The position numbers and the translations under genes were made by a program. Shown here one piece after another: positions 53,893-64,000 of a stretch of DNA of 64,000 bases (positions are counted from its first letter, which is position 1; the number at the start of each line of letters is the position of its first letter). The notes below the pieces were generated by a model that saw only the letters and a program-made list of their open reading frames with translations, had not been told where the DNA came from and did not search any database. This stretch comes from an uncultured Ignavibacteria bacterium (GTDB lineage Bacteria; Bacteroidota; Ignavibacteria; UBA10030; SZUA-254), in assembly GCA_963724215.1 (NCBI GenBank), contig CAVRTZ010000017.1, positions 22,095 to 86,094 on the forward strand, in the 5' to 3' direction.

Positions 53893-54252
53893 TTACTGGG
53901 GGTTGCCCGGCGGGGTGCCCTGATCCTGGGGTGTGGCGGCAGGCTGACTCACCGGGGGTACCGGCGAAGGGGCCGATGTCGGGGCCCCGCTCTGGATGAC
54001 GCTTTCACTGTTTTCCACGCCCCCGGGCAGGTAAAAAATGTTGATGATCAGGCAGAGCGCGATGAAAAGTGTCGCCAGAATCGTCGTCGCGCGGCTCAGG
54101 AAATCTGCCGTCCGGCGGACTCCGAAAACCGTTCCGACGGAGCTCGAGCCGAACGTGCCTGCCAGGCCCCCTCCCTTGCTGGATTGCATGAGGATGACGA
54201 TCGTCAGGAGGATGCTGATGACGATTTCGATCGATACGAGGAATGTATACAT
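53893..54252 (-). CDS. secG: Preprotein translocase subunit SecG
   Basis: VILMQSSKGGGLAGTFG...FGVRRTADFLSRAT; followed by a tRNA, as is typical. Confidence 0.95.
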   Translation of the reverse strand: MYTFLVSIEIVISILLTIVILMQSSKGGGLAGTFGSSSVGTVFGVRRTADFLSRATTILATLFIALCLIINIFYLPGGVENSESVIQSGAPTSAPSPVPPVSQPAATPQDQGTPPGNPQ

Positions 54253-54290
54253 TGATAAATCCTTAAATCTGATTGTTTCCGGGGATTTTA

Positions 54291-54319
54291 AAGATACGGA
54301 ATAATCATGAAATCTCCAA
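54291..54319 (-). promoter_or_regulatory. Putative secG promoter
   Basis: Minus strand TTGGAG-N17-TATCTT. Confidence 0.5.
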
Positions 54320-54364
54320 GGCCGGACAGTGCCGACAGTCGTCCCCTGACCCGAAACGATATGG

Positions 54365-55015
54365 TCAGAAACCCTGGGTTTTAAGGGACTCGATGGTGAG
54401 CGACGGATTGGTTCCCGCCTCTCCCTTGCCACCCCGCATCATTTTTTCGACGTATTTCCCGATGACATCCACCTCGATGTTGACGCGATCCCCCGGGCGG
54501 TAATAACGGAAGATCGTGTTCTCCATCGTGTGGGGAATGATCGAGATCCTGCAGATGTCCCCCTCGATGCCCGCCACGGTGAGGCTCACGCCGTCGACGG
54601 CAATTGAACCGGTATGGACGATGTAGCGCAGGTGATCCCCCGGTATCCGGATCGAATGCCACCAGCTCTCCCCCCTCTCCTCGATCGATGCGATGACGCC
54701 GGTCGTGTCGACGTGGCCCAGCACGAGGTGTCCGTCGACGAGGCCGTCCGGTCGCAGCGGCATCTCCAGGTTGAGGTGTTTTCGTTCGAGCTGCGCGGCG
54801 AGCGCCGTTTTTCGCAGGGTCTCCTCCACGATGTCGGTGGTGAAGCGGTCAGGGCCCGTCTCGACGGCCGTCAGGCAAGCCCCGTTGACCGCGATGCTCG
54901 CACCGGGCCTGAGAAGTCCCGCCGATTTCATTGCCCGGATGGTGGCCCGGATGTTACCGCCGGTCCGCGCAGTCCCGATGACCTCCCCCACTTCCTGTAC
55001 GATGCCGGTAAACAT
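54365..55015 (-). CDS. ribE: Riboflavin synthase (alpha chain; RibC in E. coli nomenclature)
   Basis: MFTGIV, SIAVNGACLT, GHLVLGHVD, GSIAVDGVSLT, IIPHT, VNIEVDVIGKY. Confidence 0.96.
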   Translation of the reverse strand: MFTGIVQEVGEVIGTARTGGNIRATIRAMKSAGLLRPGASIAVNGACLTAVETGPDRFTTDIVEETLRKTALAAQLERKHLNLEMPLRPDGLVDGHLVLGHVDTTGVIASIEERGESWWHSIRIPGDHLRYIVHTGSIAVDGVSLTVAGIEGDICRISIIPHTMENTIFRYYRPGDRVNIEVDVIGKYVEKMMRGGKGEAGTNPSLTIESLKTQGF

Positions 55016-55017
55016 GC

Positions 55018-56140
55018 TTATGCCATTTTCAAAGGATGGATGATTTCTCCCTCGGCGAGGACATCATCGCCGATCATTCTGACCGAAACGTTTTTCAGAT
55101 GAAGCCGCTGCGACAGGGAGAAAGGCTCGAGCGAGCCGAATGCCCGGGCCTTTCCGCCGAGTAATGACGGCGAGGAATACACCACGAGTCTGTCCGCGCA
55201 GCGCGCGTTCAGAAAGGCTCCCCAGGTCCGGGGTCCCCCCTCCACCAGCACCGATGTGATTCCCCGCCGCCCCAGGGCGCTGAGGATCTCTCCCGGTGCT
55301 ATCGACGAGGACCGGCCGGTCCCGAACACCATGAACATCACGCCTTTTTTTACCAGGGATTTCGCCTTCCGGTTCCGACCGATGAACGCCCGTTCCGTGG
55401 TGATGAGCACCGTCGGGACTTTCGCCGTCCGGGTGAAAATCTTCGCGCCTGTGGGGACGGAGAATTTGCCATCGACGACGACCCTGACCGGCTGCGGGCC
55501 GGATACATGCCGGACCGTGAGGAGCGGGTCGTCGCTCGTCACCGTCCCGGCCCCGATGAGAACGCAATCGGACCTGCTCCGGCGCCGATGGGCGTCGATC
55601 CTGGCCTCGGGTCCCGTGATCCACCTGCTGCGGCCGTCCCTGTCGGCGACCATGCCGTCGATGGTCTGGGCGATCTTCACGGTGACCAGGGGGAGCCCGG
55701 TCGAAACATGTTTGACGAATGCCTCGTTGAGGCGGGCGCACTCCGTCCCGAGGACCCCCGACCGGACCTCGATCCGGGAACGCCTGAGCGCCCGGATCCC
55801 CCTCCCTGCCACGAGCGGGTTCGGGTCGGGCATGCCGACGACGACGCTGGCGATGCCGGAGGCCCGGATCGCTTCGGTGCACGGAGGGGTCTTGCCGTGA
55901 TGATTGCACGGCTCGAGGTTGACGTAGAGGGTGGCGCCGCGCGGCGAGACCCGGCAGGAACGAATCGCCCCGACCTCGGCGTGGGCGCCGCCGAAGCGCC
56001 GGTGATATCCCCTGCCGATGATGACACCGTTTTTCACGACGACAGCCCCGACGAGCGGGTTCGGGCTCACCGATCCCCGGCCCTTCTCCGCCAGGCGTAT
56101 GCATTCCCGTCATGAATGTCTCATCGGTCGCACGTTTCAT
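55018..56140 (-). CDS. ribD: Bifunctional deaminase/reductase RibD (frameshift about 56105)
   Basis: SPNPLVGAV, HAEV, NLEPCNHHGKTPPC, SRWITG, VLVEGG; N-terminus MKRATDETFM is in another frame. Confidence 0.95.
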
Positions 56141-56916
56141 GTCCTCAGCTCCACCGTGTGCCCCGTTTTCACGCCGAGGAGATCCGCGGCATGGCCTTTC
56201 TTCACGGATATTTCAAGAAGGCCGTTGCTGCCCCGGATCAAAAACGGGCTTCTCTCGGGGCCTTCTTCGTAGGTCGCGCATATCCGCCGGATCATCCTGC
56301 CGGCGATCCTGAGCCTCAGGGTCCCCGGCGTCCGTTCCGGCATCCTGAAGTTGGTGACGATGTTCCCGAAATGGTCGATGTGGAGGACCGTTCCTTTCAC
56401 GACGGCGGCCCTCCTCGCCGGGATGTCCGTGAAAAGATCGCGGGCCGGCAACAGGGGGATCGCCCGGGCGACGACCGGGAGTCGGACGCCGGCGGCGATC
56501 CGGGCGGCCACGGGGGCGAAGATGTCGCGACCATGAAACGTCGGACTGACGTCGCCCGACCGCGTGAAAGCCTTCAACTCATGCCATCGCTCGTCCTTGC
56601 CGCGATCCGACATGAAGTTCAGGATCCCGTTGTCCGGGGCGAGGAACACGTGCTTTCCCTTCTCGAGGCAGAGGATGCGGCGATCGGTTCCCACCGCCGG
56701 ATCGACCACGCAGAGGAAGATCGTCCCGTCGGGATAGTAGGGCGCGACGCACCGGAGGGTATAGGCGGCGGATGTGACGTCATGGCGCGGGATGTCGTGG
56801 GTGATGTCGGCGAGCCGCGCGCCGGGATGGATGGAGAGGATCACCCCTTTCATCGCCGCCACGTACGGGTCGCCGGTGCCGAAATCGGTCAGCAGGGCGA
56901 TGAGTCTTCCCTTCAT
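56137..56916 (-). CDS. SAM hydroxide adenosyltransferase (DUF62 family)
   Basis: LLTDFG, VVDPAVGTDRR, APDNG, TFHGRDIFAP, IDHFGN; the Asp-Arg-His triad is present. Confidence 0.9.
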   Translation of the reverse strand: MKGRLIALLTDFGTGDPYVAAMKGVILSIHPGARLADITHDIPRHDVTSAAYTLRCVAPYYPDGTIFLCVVDPAVGTDRRILCLEKGKHVFLAPDNGILNFMSDRGKDERWHELKAFTRSGDVSPTFHGRDIFAPVAARIAAGVRLPVVARAIPLLPARDLFTDIPARRAAVVKGTVLHIDHFGNIVTNFRMPERTPGTLRLRIAGRMIRRICATYEEGPERSPFLIRGSNGLLEISVKKGHAADLLGVKTGHTVELRT

Positions 56917-56919
56917 CGA

Positions 56920-57924
56920 TCAGCCCAGCCGGACTTCCTTCCCCTTCTGGGAGGACCGGTAGATGGCTTCGACGACCTTCATCCGCTCCATCGCCTCCTC
57001 CCCCGTCGACACCACCGGGTGGAGGCCGCGCAGGGCCCCGATGAAATGTCGAAGTTCGTTTTCGTAGCTCTTCCGATAGAGACCGTTCGGTGTATCGGAT
57101 GAGGCCGGCGTGAGGTTCACGAGGCTGCCGTGGAGGTGTTTGTGGATCCGGAGCGGGTTGATCAACGCGCTGCCCTCCGTTCCGAAAAGGTTGCAGTAGA
57201 AGTAGTCGGCCGACGAAAGGAGCGACCAGCTCACCTCTAGGGTGAGGACAGCGTCCGGTTTCATCCTGACCGTTGCCAGGCAGGTGTCCTCGACGCTCTT
57301 CGTTTTGTGGCTGTACATCGTCGCGCTGACGTGGGTGACGACCGGAAATCCCATCATCCAGAGGATGAGATCGAGCATGACGATCCCCAGGTCGAGTACC
57401 ACACCCCCCCCCGATTTGTCCTTCCGCGTCATCCAGGGGTTCGTGTCGGAGAGGGATTTCAGCCAGCCGCCCTTGGCGTAAAACAGTTTGCCGAGCTCGC
57501 CCTTTTCGATGAAGCTCTTCAGGATCATCGTGTCGGGCCTGAACCGGTTGTTCATGCCCACCATCATCGTGAGCTTCTGGCTGTTCGCCATCTCTGTCAG
57601 CTGCCGGGCCTCGAGGAGCGTCCGGGTGATCGGTTTTTCCACGAAGGCGTGCTTCCCGGCCTGGAGGGCGGCCACCGTCACGGGGTGGTGGGCGTCCGTG
57701 CTCGTGCAGATGATCACCGCGTCGATGTCGTCCCGGTCGAGCATCTGGCGGTAATCGCTGAAAACGTTCGGGATGGAAAATTTCTCCCCGATCATCCTCG
57801 AACGCGCCTTGTCCTTGTCGCAGACGGCGACGACTTCGGCCTCGTCGATTTTTGTGAGGAGCGGAAGGTGGAACACCTGGGCGACCCAGCCCAGCCCGAC
57901 GACGCCCACGCGGATTTTTTTCAT
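56920..57924 (-). CDS. Gfo/Idh/MocA family oxidoreductase
   Basis: GVVGLGWVA, GKHAFVEKP, GMNNRF, SGGGVVLDLG. Confidence 0.92.
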   Translation of the reverse strand: MKKIRVGVVGLGWVAQVFHLPLLTKIDEAEVVAVCDKDKARSRMIGEKFSIPNVFSDYRQMLDRDDIDAVIICTSTDAHHPVTVAALQAGKHAFVEKPITRTLLEARQLTEMANSQKLTMMVGMNNRFRPDTMILKSFIEKGELGKLFYAKGGWLKSLSDTNPWMTRKDKSGGGVVLDLGIVMLDLILWMMGFPVVTHVSATMYSHKTKSVEDTCLATVRMKPDAVLTLEVSWSLLSSADYFYCNLFGTEGSALINPLRIHKHLHGSLVNLTPASSDTPNGLYRKSYENELRHFIGALRGLHPVVSTGEEAMERMKVVEAIYRSSQKGKEVRLG

Positions 57925-57948
57925 GGTGAGGTTGACCGTTCGGTATGA

Positions 57949-59898
57949 TCAGGCGAGTGTTTCTGCCGGGGCGGAGCGGGGCTCCGTCCTGAAAAAGTCC
58001 TTGACGACGCTCGCGATGCCCGGGGGGTCGAGTTTGAGCATTGTGTACAATTCGGCCGGGCTTCCATGCTCGATGAATGTCCCCGGTATCCCGTGCACCC
58101 TCACGCGGGGCGGGGGAATGCCGAGCTTCAGGATGGTCTCGATGACGACGCTGCCGAAACCGCCGTCCACCACGTGGTCCTCCACCGTGAGCACGTTCCT
58201 GAACCTCCTGCAGACGCCGGCGATCATCGTCTCGTCGACCGGCTTGACGAACCGCATGTTGACCACCTCCGCCTCGATGCCGTCCTTCGAGAGAAGTTCG
58301 GCCGCCTTGATCGACTGGTGGACCATGTTCCCGATGGCCAGGATCGCCACGTCCTTACCCTGCCCTCACCGTCTCCGCCTTCCCGAGCGGAAGGATGTCG
58401 AAGCCTGGTTTCATCGGCACCCCGATCCCGTTCCCGCGGGGGTACCGGACGGCGACGGGGCCCCCCTTGTACTGGACGGCCGTGAAGAGCATGTCGCGCA
58501 GTTCGGACTCGTCCTTCGGCGACATGATCACCATGTCCTGGACGCACGCGGAGGTAGGCCATGTCGAGGACGCCGTGATGTGTCGGACCGTCCGCGCCCG
58601 ACGAGCCCAGCGCGGTCGAGGCAGAAGACGACGTGGAGGTGCTGCATCGCGACGTCGTGGATGATCTGATCGTAGGCGCGCTGGAGGAAACTCGAATAGA
58701 TCGCCACGACGGGTACGTATCCCTGCGTCGCCATTCCCGCGGCGAACGTGACGGCGTGCTGCTCGGCGATGCCCACGTCGAAAAACCTCGCCGGCATGTC
58801 CTTCTGGAGGATGTCCAGCCCGGTCCCGTCCGGCATGGCGGCGGTGATCCCCACGATCTTTTCGTTTTTCGAGGCGATTTCCACGATCGCCTTTCCGAAG
58901 ACGGTGGTGTACGAAGGAGCGGTCTCGGGCTTCTTCGGCGATATCCCGGTGATCTTGTCGAACGGGGTCACGCCGTGGAGCGCCTGGACGTCCTTCTCCG
59001 CGGGTTCGTACCCCTTCCCTTTCCTGGTGATCGTGTGGATGAGGATCGGGCCGGAGAAGTCCTTGACTTCGGTGAAGATCCTGACGAGCTGCGACGATGT
59101 TGTGCCCGTTGATCGGACCGAAGTACCGGAACCCGAGCGCTTCGAAGAGCATCCCCGGAGTGATGATCACCTTGATGCCTTCCTCGACGCGCGAGGCGAT
59201 CTTCCGGATCCGGTCCCCCACCACGTCGAGTTTGCCCGGTCGAGGTCGTAGACGTTCGATTTGAACCGGTTGTACGAGGGGTTGGCGATCAGTTCCGTGA
59301 AGTAGTTCGAGATCGCCCAGACGTTCGGGGCGATCGACATGTTGTTGTCGTTCAGGACGACGATCATGTTCCGTTTCAGGAGCCCGGCGTTGTTCATCGC
59401 CTCGTAGGCCATGCCGCCCGTCATGGCGCCGTCGCCGACGATCGCGACCACCTTGTAGTCGTTTCCGGCCAGGTCCCTCGCCGCGACCATTCCCAGCGCC
59501 GCCGAGATCGCCGTGCTGGCGTGACCCGCGCCGAAGGTGTCGTACGGGCTTTCGTCCCGCTTCAGGAATCCGCTGAGGCCGCCGAACTGCCGGATGGTGT
59601 GGAACCGGTCCCTCCGTCCGGTGAGGATCTTGTGGGGATAGGCCTGGTGCCCGACGTCCCAGACGAGTTTGTCGTCGGGGGTGTTGAACACGTAGTGGAG
59701 CGACACGGCGAGTTCGACTGCGCCCAGGCCGGCGCCGAGGTGGCCGCCGACCCTGGAAATTTCATCGATCAGAAAATCGCGGAGCTCCCTGCACAGGAGT
59801 TTCAACTCGGGGACGGTGAGGTTCCTCAGGTCGGATGGTGCATCGATCGCGTCCAGGAGTCTGTACGGCGGTCGGGATTGCGCCTGGCTATCGTTCAT
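57949..59898 (-). CDS. dxs: 1-deoxy-D-xylulose-5-phosphate synthase (multiple frameshifts)
   Basis: [65 protein letters not shown]. Confidence 0.96.
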
Positions 59899-60133
59899 CT
59901 TCCTCCGGTGTAAGCTCAAATTTGCCGGCTGCGTCGCGGCTGAGTTTTTTCAGACGGAGTTCCGTCTTCCCGAGGTACTCAAGGCATTCCGACGAGAGGC
60001 GGATCCCTTCCTCGAACATCGTCACGACATCGTCGAGGGGCCTGTCCCCGCTCTCGAGGGCTTCGACGATCTCTTCAAGCCTGCGCATCCGTGCTTCGAA
60101 CGACTGGGGTTTTTCGGCTGCTTTTTTAGCCAT
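59888..60133 (-). CDS. xseB: Exodeoxyribonuclease VII small subunit
   Basis: [17 protein letters not shown]...FEEGIRL...C...L. Confidence 0.94.
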   Translation of the reverse strand: MAKKAAEKPQSFEARMRRLEEIVEALESGDRPLDDVVTMFEEGIRLSSECLEYLGKTELRLKKLSRDAAGKFELTPEEDER

Positions 60134-61350
60134 GGTCTGGGTCTTTGTCTTGTGAAGCTTCCGGGCCGAGGGCCTTCGTCCCGATCGTCCCGTCCCGGAA
60201 TCGGAGATTCAACCGGTCGCCCGGCCTGACGATGCCTGCTGTCCCGACGCTCCGTCCGTCCCGGTACACGATAACGTACCCGCGGTCCAGAATCCGCCCA
60301 GGGTCCAGATTTTCGACCCTTTTATGGAGGGCGGTCAACCGCTGCCTGAGGGATTCCGTCCTGTGGACCGTCACCCGGGAAAGCGAAATCCTCAGCTCGT
60401 CGAGGCGCTGGGACCGTTGCCGTATCAGGTCCGCGGGCAGGTTGAACGCGTAGCTGCGAAGGTGTCCCCTGATCCGCTCGCGGTGTTGCGTGAGCGTCGT
60501 TTCAACCGATTTCCTTGCAGTATAATAATAATTGGTCAGATTTTCAATCAGCTCGGTTTTCGATTTCACGGCGAGCTCGGCGGCCGCCGACGGGGTCGGG
60601 GCCCGCAGGTCGGCGACGAAATCGGCGATGGTGAAGTCGATCTCGTGCCCGACGGCGCTGATGACCGGTATCTCCGACGCGGCGATGGCCCGCGCCACGA
60701 TTTCCTCGTTGAATGCCCACAGGTCTTCGATGGAACCCCCTCCCCTCCCCACGATCAACAGGTCGACCCCGCGCCAGAGGTTGAACATCCCGATCGCACC
60801 GGCAATTTCCGCGGCCGCCCCGATCCCCTGGACTTTCACGGGACAGAGCACGAGCTCGACGTACGGGGCCCGACGGCCGATGATGTTGACCATGTCCCTG
60901 AGCGCCGCCCCGGTCTCCGATGTCACCAGCCCTATCCGTTCAGGGTATTCCGGAAGCGGAAGTTTCAATCGATCGTCGAACAGCCCTTCTTCAAACAGCT
61001 TTCGCTTCAATCGTTCAAACGCCGCCTGAAGCTCACCGATGCCCGGCGACCTGCAGCGAAACGGCGTCGAGCTGGTAGACCCCCCTGACCGGATATACGG
61101 TCACGGTGCCGCGGGCGATCACTTTCATCCCGTTCTCCGGTGTGAACGAGAGGCCGGCGACCCGCGTTCGCCACATCACCCCCTGGAGCTGGGCGTTTTC
61201 GTCCTTGAGGGTAAAATAGCAGTGTCCCGACGTGTGAATCTTGAAGTTGGAGATTTCTCCCTCGACGGTGATGTTGGTGAAGCACTCCTCGAGGGTCTGC
61301 TTGATCCGGAGGGTGAGCTCGGAAACGGAGAAATGCCGGGAGTCGTTCAT
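60126..61350 (-). CDS. xseA: Exodeoxyribonuclease VII large subunit (frameshift about 61040)
   Basis: SVSELT, VEGEISN, SGHCYFTLKD, GRGGGSIEDLWAFN, SAVGHE, RAPTPSAAAE. Confidence 0.96.
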
Positions 61351-61400
61351 CGGGAATGAATATATTCATTGGTGCACACAGAATCAACGGATAAGGGCCG

Positions 61401-61429
61401 TTGCCTTTTATGACCGATTTATATATATT
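61401..61429 (+). promoter_or_regulatory. Putative promoter for bshB1
   Basis: TTGCCT-N17-TATATT. Confidence 0.6.
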
Positions 61430-61458
61430 TTTGCACTATTTTTTCAGGGGTACGAACA

Positions 61459-62184
61459 ATGCAACTCGACATTCTCGCGATCGGCGCCCATCCGGACGAC
61501 GTCGAACTCTGTTGCGGTGGGACCCTGGCAAAACTTGTGAAAAAAGGTCGGAAAGCGGGGATCATCGATGTGACCCGTGGTGAACTGGGCACCCGCGGCA
61601 CGAGCACTGTGCGGCTGAAGGAGGCGACCGCGGCAGCATCCATCCTGGGATGTGTCCGGGAAAATCTCGCGATCCCGGACGGGAACATTGAGGTCAATTC
61701 CGCCAACGTCAGGAAATTGATCACGAAGATCAGGAAATATCGGCCAAGGATGATCATCATCCCCCACTGGCACGAACGGCATCCCGACCACGTCCACACC
61801 CATCTCCTCTGTCGGGAAGCCTGGTTCTACGCGGGGCTCAGGAAAATTTCGACGACGCTGAACGGCCGCCGTCAGGATCCCTGGCGTCCGGACAACTATA
61901 TCCATTACATGCAGTGGTACGAGTTTAATCCTTCATTTATCGTCGATATCACCGGAGTCTATAATGTCCGGTTGAGGGCTATCAGGGCGCATAAATCGCA
62001 GTTCCACGACCCGACCTCGAAGGAGCCCGGGACCAAGCTGAGCGAGTCGACCTTCATGGAATTCGTCGAAACCAGGGCAAAATCGTATGGGGTCAAAATC
62101 GGCGTTAAATACGGTGAACCGTTCTACTCGGTCGAATCGGTGGGAATCGCGGATCCGCTCGATTTAAAGATGTTTCGTGGATGA
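61459..62184 (+). CDS. bshB1: Bacillithiol biosynthesis deacetylase BshB1
   Basis: LDILAIGAHPDDVEL, TRGELGTRG, RHPDH, AHKSQF, IGVKYGEPF (PIG-L/LmbE family, BshB1 type). Confidence 0.9.
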   Translation: MQLDILAIGAHPDDVELCCGGTLAKLVKKGRKAGIIDVTRGELGTRGTSTVRLKEATAAASILGCVRENLAIPDGNIEVNSANVRKLITKIRKYRPRMIIIPHWHERHPDHVHTHLLCREAWFYAGLRKISTTLNGRRQDPWRPDNYIHYMQWYEFNPSFIVDITGVYNVRLRAIRAHKSQFHDPTSKEPGTKLSESTFMEFVETRAKSYGVKIGVKYGEPFYSVESVGIADPLDLKMFRG

Positions 62185-62229
62185 GGGGGTGGCGGTTCGA
62201 AGTATTCCGTCGGTGGGATCACGCAACTG

Positions 62230-62258
62230 TTGACATAATGGAAGAAAAACGGTAAATT
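62230..62258 (+). promoter_or_regulatory. Putative sigma70-type promoter for the leader-TolC operon
   Basis: TTGACA-N17-TAAATT; predicted +1 at about 62265-62266. Confidence 0.72.
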
Positions 62259-62302
62259 TCAGGTCATGCGATCAACAGCGAATCATAGCGCCAGCCTACT
62301 CC

Positions 62303-62713
62303 GTGGGTAACCGTCGACGGAAAACAGCGCTTCTGGCTCTGACGACGATATTCATCGTCTTCACCGTAGGCCTTCCGGTGGTCGTTGCCTCCTGCCCGAT
62401 GGCGAAGGCGCCCGGTCGGACCACGTGCGCGCCCTGCCTCCCGGCGGGCGATGGAAATTCACCCTCGATCGGGTCTGAAAGAAATTCTTCATGTTGCAGA
62501 ACAATCATCGCTTCCGGTCGTAATCTCACGGAGTATCTCACCGTCGGCGCTCCCGACGGTCTCAGGATGCTCGCCTCAGATTTTCATGTCCAGATGCCGT
62601 CGACCGGCGTCCAATCCTTTCCGGCTGTTTCCCCGGCCAATTCCATCTTCGTCAAACACCCTCCCCCGACACCGGACGATATTCAGATCCTGGTGTCTTC
62701 CCTGCTCATTTAG
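62303..62713 (+). CDS. Cys-rich exported protein with Pro-rich C-terminus (HYC_CC_PP-like putative leader); true start may be ATG 62266 with an indel
   Basis: RRRK plus hydrophobic helix, SCPM, CAPC, SCC, then KHPPPTPDDIQILVSSLLI; lies upstream of a TolC-family gene. Confidence 0.68.
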   Translation: MGNRRRKTALLALTTIFIVFTVGLPVVVASCPMAKAPGRTTCAPCLPAGDGNSPSIGSERNSSCCRTIIASGRNLTEYLTVGAPDGLRMLASDFHVQMPSTGVQSFPAVSPANSIFVKHPPPTPDDIQILVSSLLI

Positions 62714-62851
62714 CGCCACCTTTAATATCCGTATCACGAACGGCCCTCGCGGGTCGTTCCGGAGAATCGTTTTCGTTGTGATCCGTCGTGTTCGCGAGGC
62801 CAACACGGCGAGAATTGCGATGTATTAAAGGACATAATTTGAGGTGTTTCA

Positions 62852-64000
62852 ATGAGATATCAACTTTGGTCGATCATTTGTATCCTGACGTTTGCAGGGC
62901 TGTGTTCGGGTCAGGACTCGCTCCTGATCCCCGAACCCCTGGTGGTGCCCCTGGAGGACCTGGTCACCGAGGCGCTGGCACGAAACTCCGTCATCCTGGG
63001 TTCACTCGAGCGGATCTCGATCGTCCACGCCCGGGAACGACAATCAGGCGTTCTCGATGCGCCGGAGCTGACGTACACGAGAAATATGATGCCCGAGTTT
63101 CGGTGGGCAGACGCCGTTTACTCCGAGTGGGAGTTGATGCAAACGGTGCGATTTCCTTCGAAATACTCCTCCCAAAACAAGATCCTGGAGATCCAGTCGG
63201 AGCATTCCCACCACGAGGCCCAGGAAACCGTCAACGAAGTGCTCCTTGAGGTTCGACAGATGTACGCGGAACTCTGGTACGTGCAGCAGAGGTCGAGTCC
63301 TCCTCGACGAAAACCTCAGGATTACGGAACGGTTGAGGGACATCGCCTGCATCACGGTACAAAGTGGGGGCAGTCAGCCGGAACGACATGCTCATGGCCG
63401 AGATGCTGCGGACGTACCGCGGTCGAACTCGAGGATCGACCTTCGTCAGATGGAACTGGGTCTCAAGGCGCGCCTCTCCGCCCTGCTCGCCCGTCAACCC
63501 GGGGACACCATCGGCTATGCGGTTGTTTCGGAGACCCCCGCGTTCGACGTCCCGCTCGACACCATGCTGGCCATGACCCGGGCCACCAGGCCGATGTTGA
63601 TCCACGATTCCCTCGGTGTCCGGGAACAGGAGGAGATGCTCGCGACCGCCAAACAGGAATATCTCCCCGACCTCCGGCTGGGTGTGTCGTACATGGACTC
63701 CAGGGACCTGATGTTCCAGGGCTGGACCCTCACGGCGGGTATCACGCTGCCATTCTTCCCCTGGTCACTCGGGAAAACCGCCGGCGGCGTGGAGGAGGCC
63801 GAGCACAGGATCCTCCAGGCCGAGGAATCGTACGCCTCGACGCGGTTCAACGTGATCGCGGAAGTCCGCTCCGCCTGGTACGACGTCACCGGCAAACTCG
63901 GGCAATTGCGGAATATCGGTGCATCGATGCTCCCCGCGGCCGAGCAGGCCCTCAAGTCGAGCCTCTCCCTCTACCAGACCGGTGAAGCCGATTACCTGAT
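62852..64000 (+). CDS. TolC family outer-membrane efflux protein, CusC/CzcC-like (frameshifted, 3'-truncated)
   Basis: Signal peptide; LEDLVTEALARN, QTVRFPSK, EYLPDLRLG, GITLPFFPW, AEQALKSSLSLYQTGEADYL; GAGGTG RBS. Confidence 0.85.

Noticed and set aside
54365-56200. FMN riboswitch for ribD-ribE
   Set aside because: ribD overlaps the upstream gene's stop, leaving no leader, and no RFN motif was seen.
56137-56916. Fluorinase or chlorinase
   Set aside because: TFHGRD with the Asp-Arg-His triad marks the common SAM hydrolase (DUF62); no halometabolite cluster nearby.
59888-60133. ispA absent between xseB and dxs
   Set aside because: Simple synteny variation; the genes overlap cleanly and I have no evidence it is unusual for this lineage.
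62714-62851. NiCo (czcD) riboswitch upstream of tolC
   Set aside because: I do not see the conserved NiCo junction sequences; kept only as an unknown structured element.

Overview
GC-rich bacterial chromosomal segment, mostly housekeeping genes. Gene content and order suggest an Ignavibacteria/Chlorobi-related Bacteroidota lineage (inference, not searched). Many essential genes (nusA, infB, pnp, dxs and others) are broken by single-base indels, which points to an unpolished long-read assembly, so I report reconstructed full-gene coordinates. Left to right: rimP-nusA-infB-rbfA-ribF-rpsO-pnp-gpmI; bshC; a four-gene Rieske/cytochrome b operon ending in a stalked octaheme cytochrome c; PASTA protein-rpe; enoyl-CoA hydratase-apt-tnaA; a hemerythrin/receiver module; aceBA; a metal-uptake operon lacking an ATPase; mutS2-accC-purL; a probable dif site at 45614-45641 where gene polarity flips; a second minimal Rieske/cytochrome b operon; dapF; tmRNA; tRNA-Lys; secG; rib genes; dxs-xseBA; bshB1; and the start of a TolC-type efflux operon. 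The most promising undescribed signals are: (1) two different Cys/His/Pro-rich exported leader ORFs with adjacent switch-like RNA structures, one before the metal-uptake operon (CruR/DUF2946-like RSPP motif plus a terminator-like hairpin) and one before the efflux operon; (2) two architecturally distinct Rieske/cytb complexes, one with an eight-heme stalked acceptor; (3) the candidate replication terminus. I saw no CRISPR array, integrase, transposase or phage gene.
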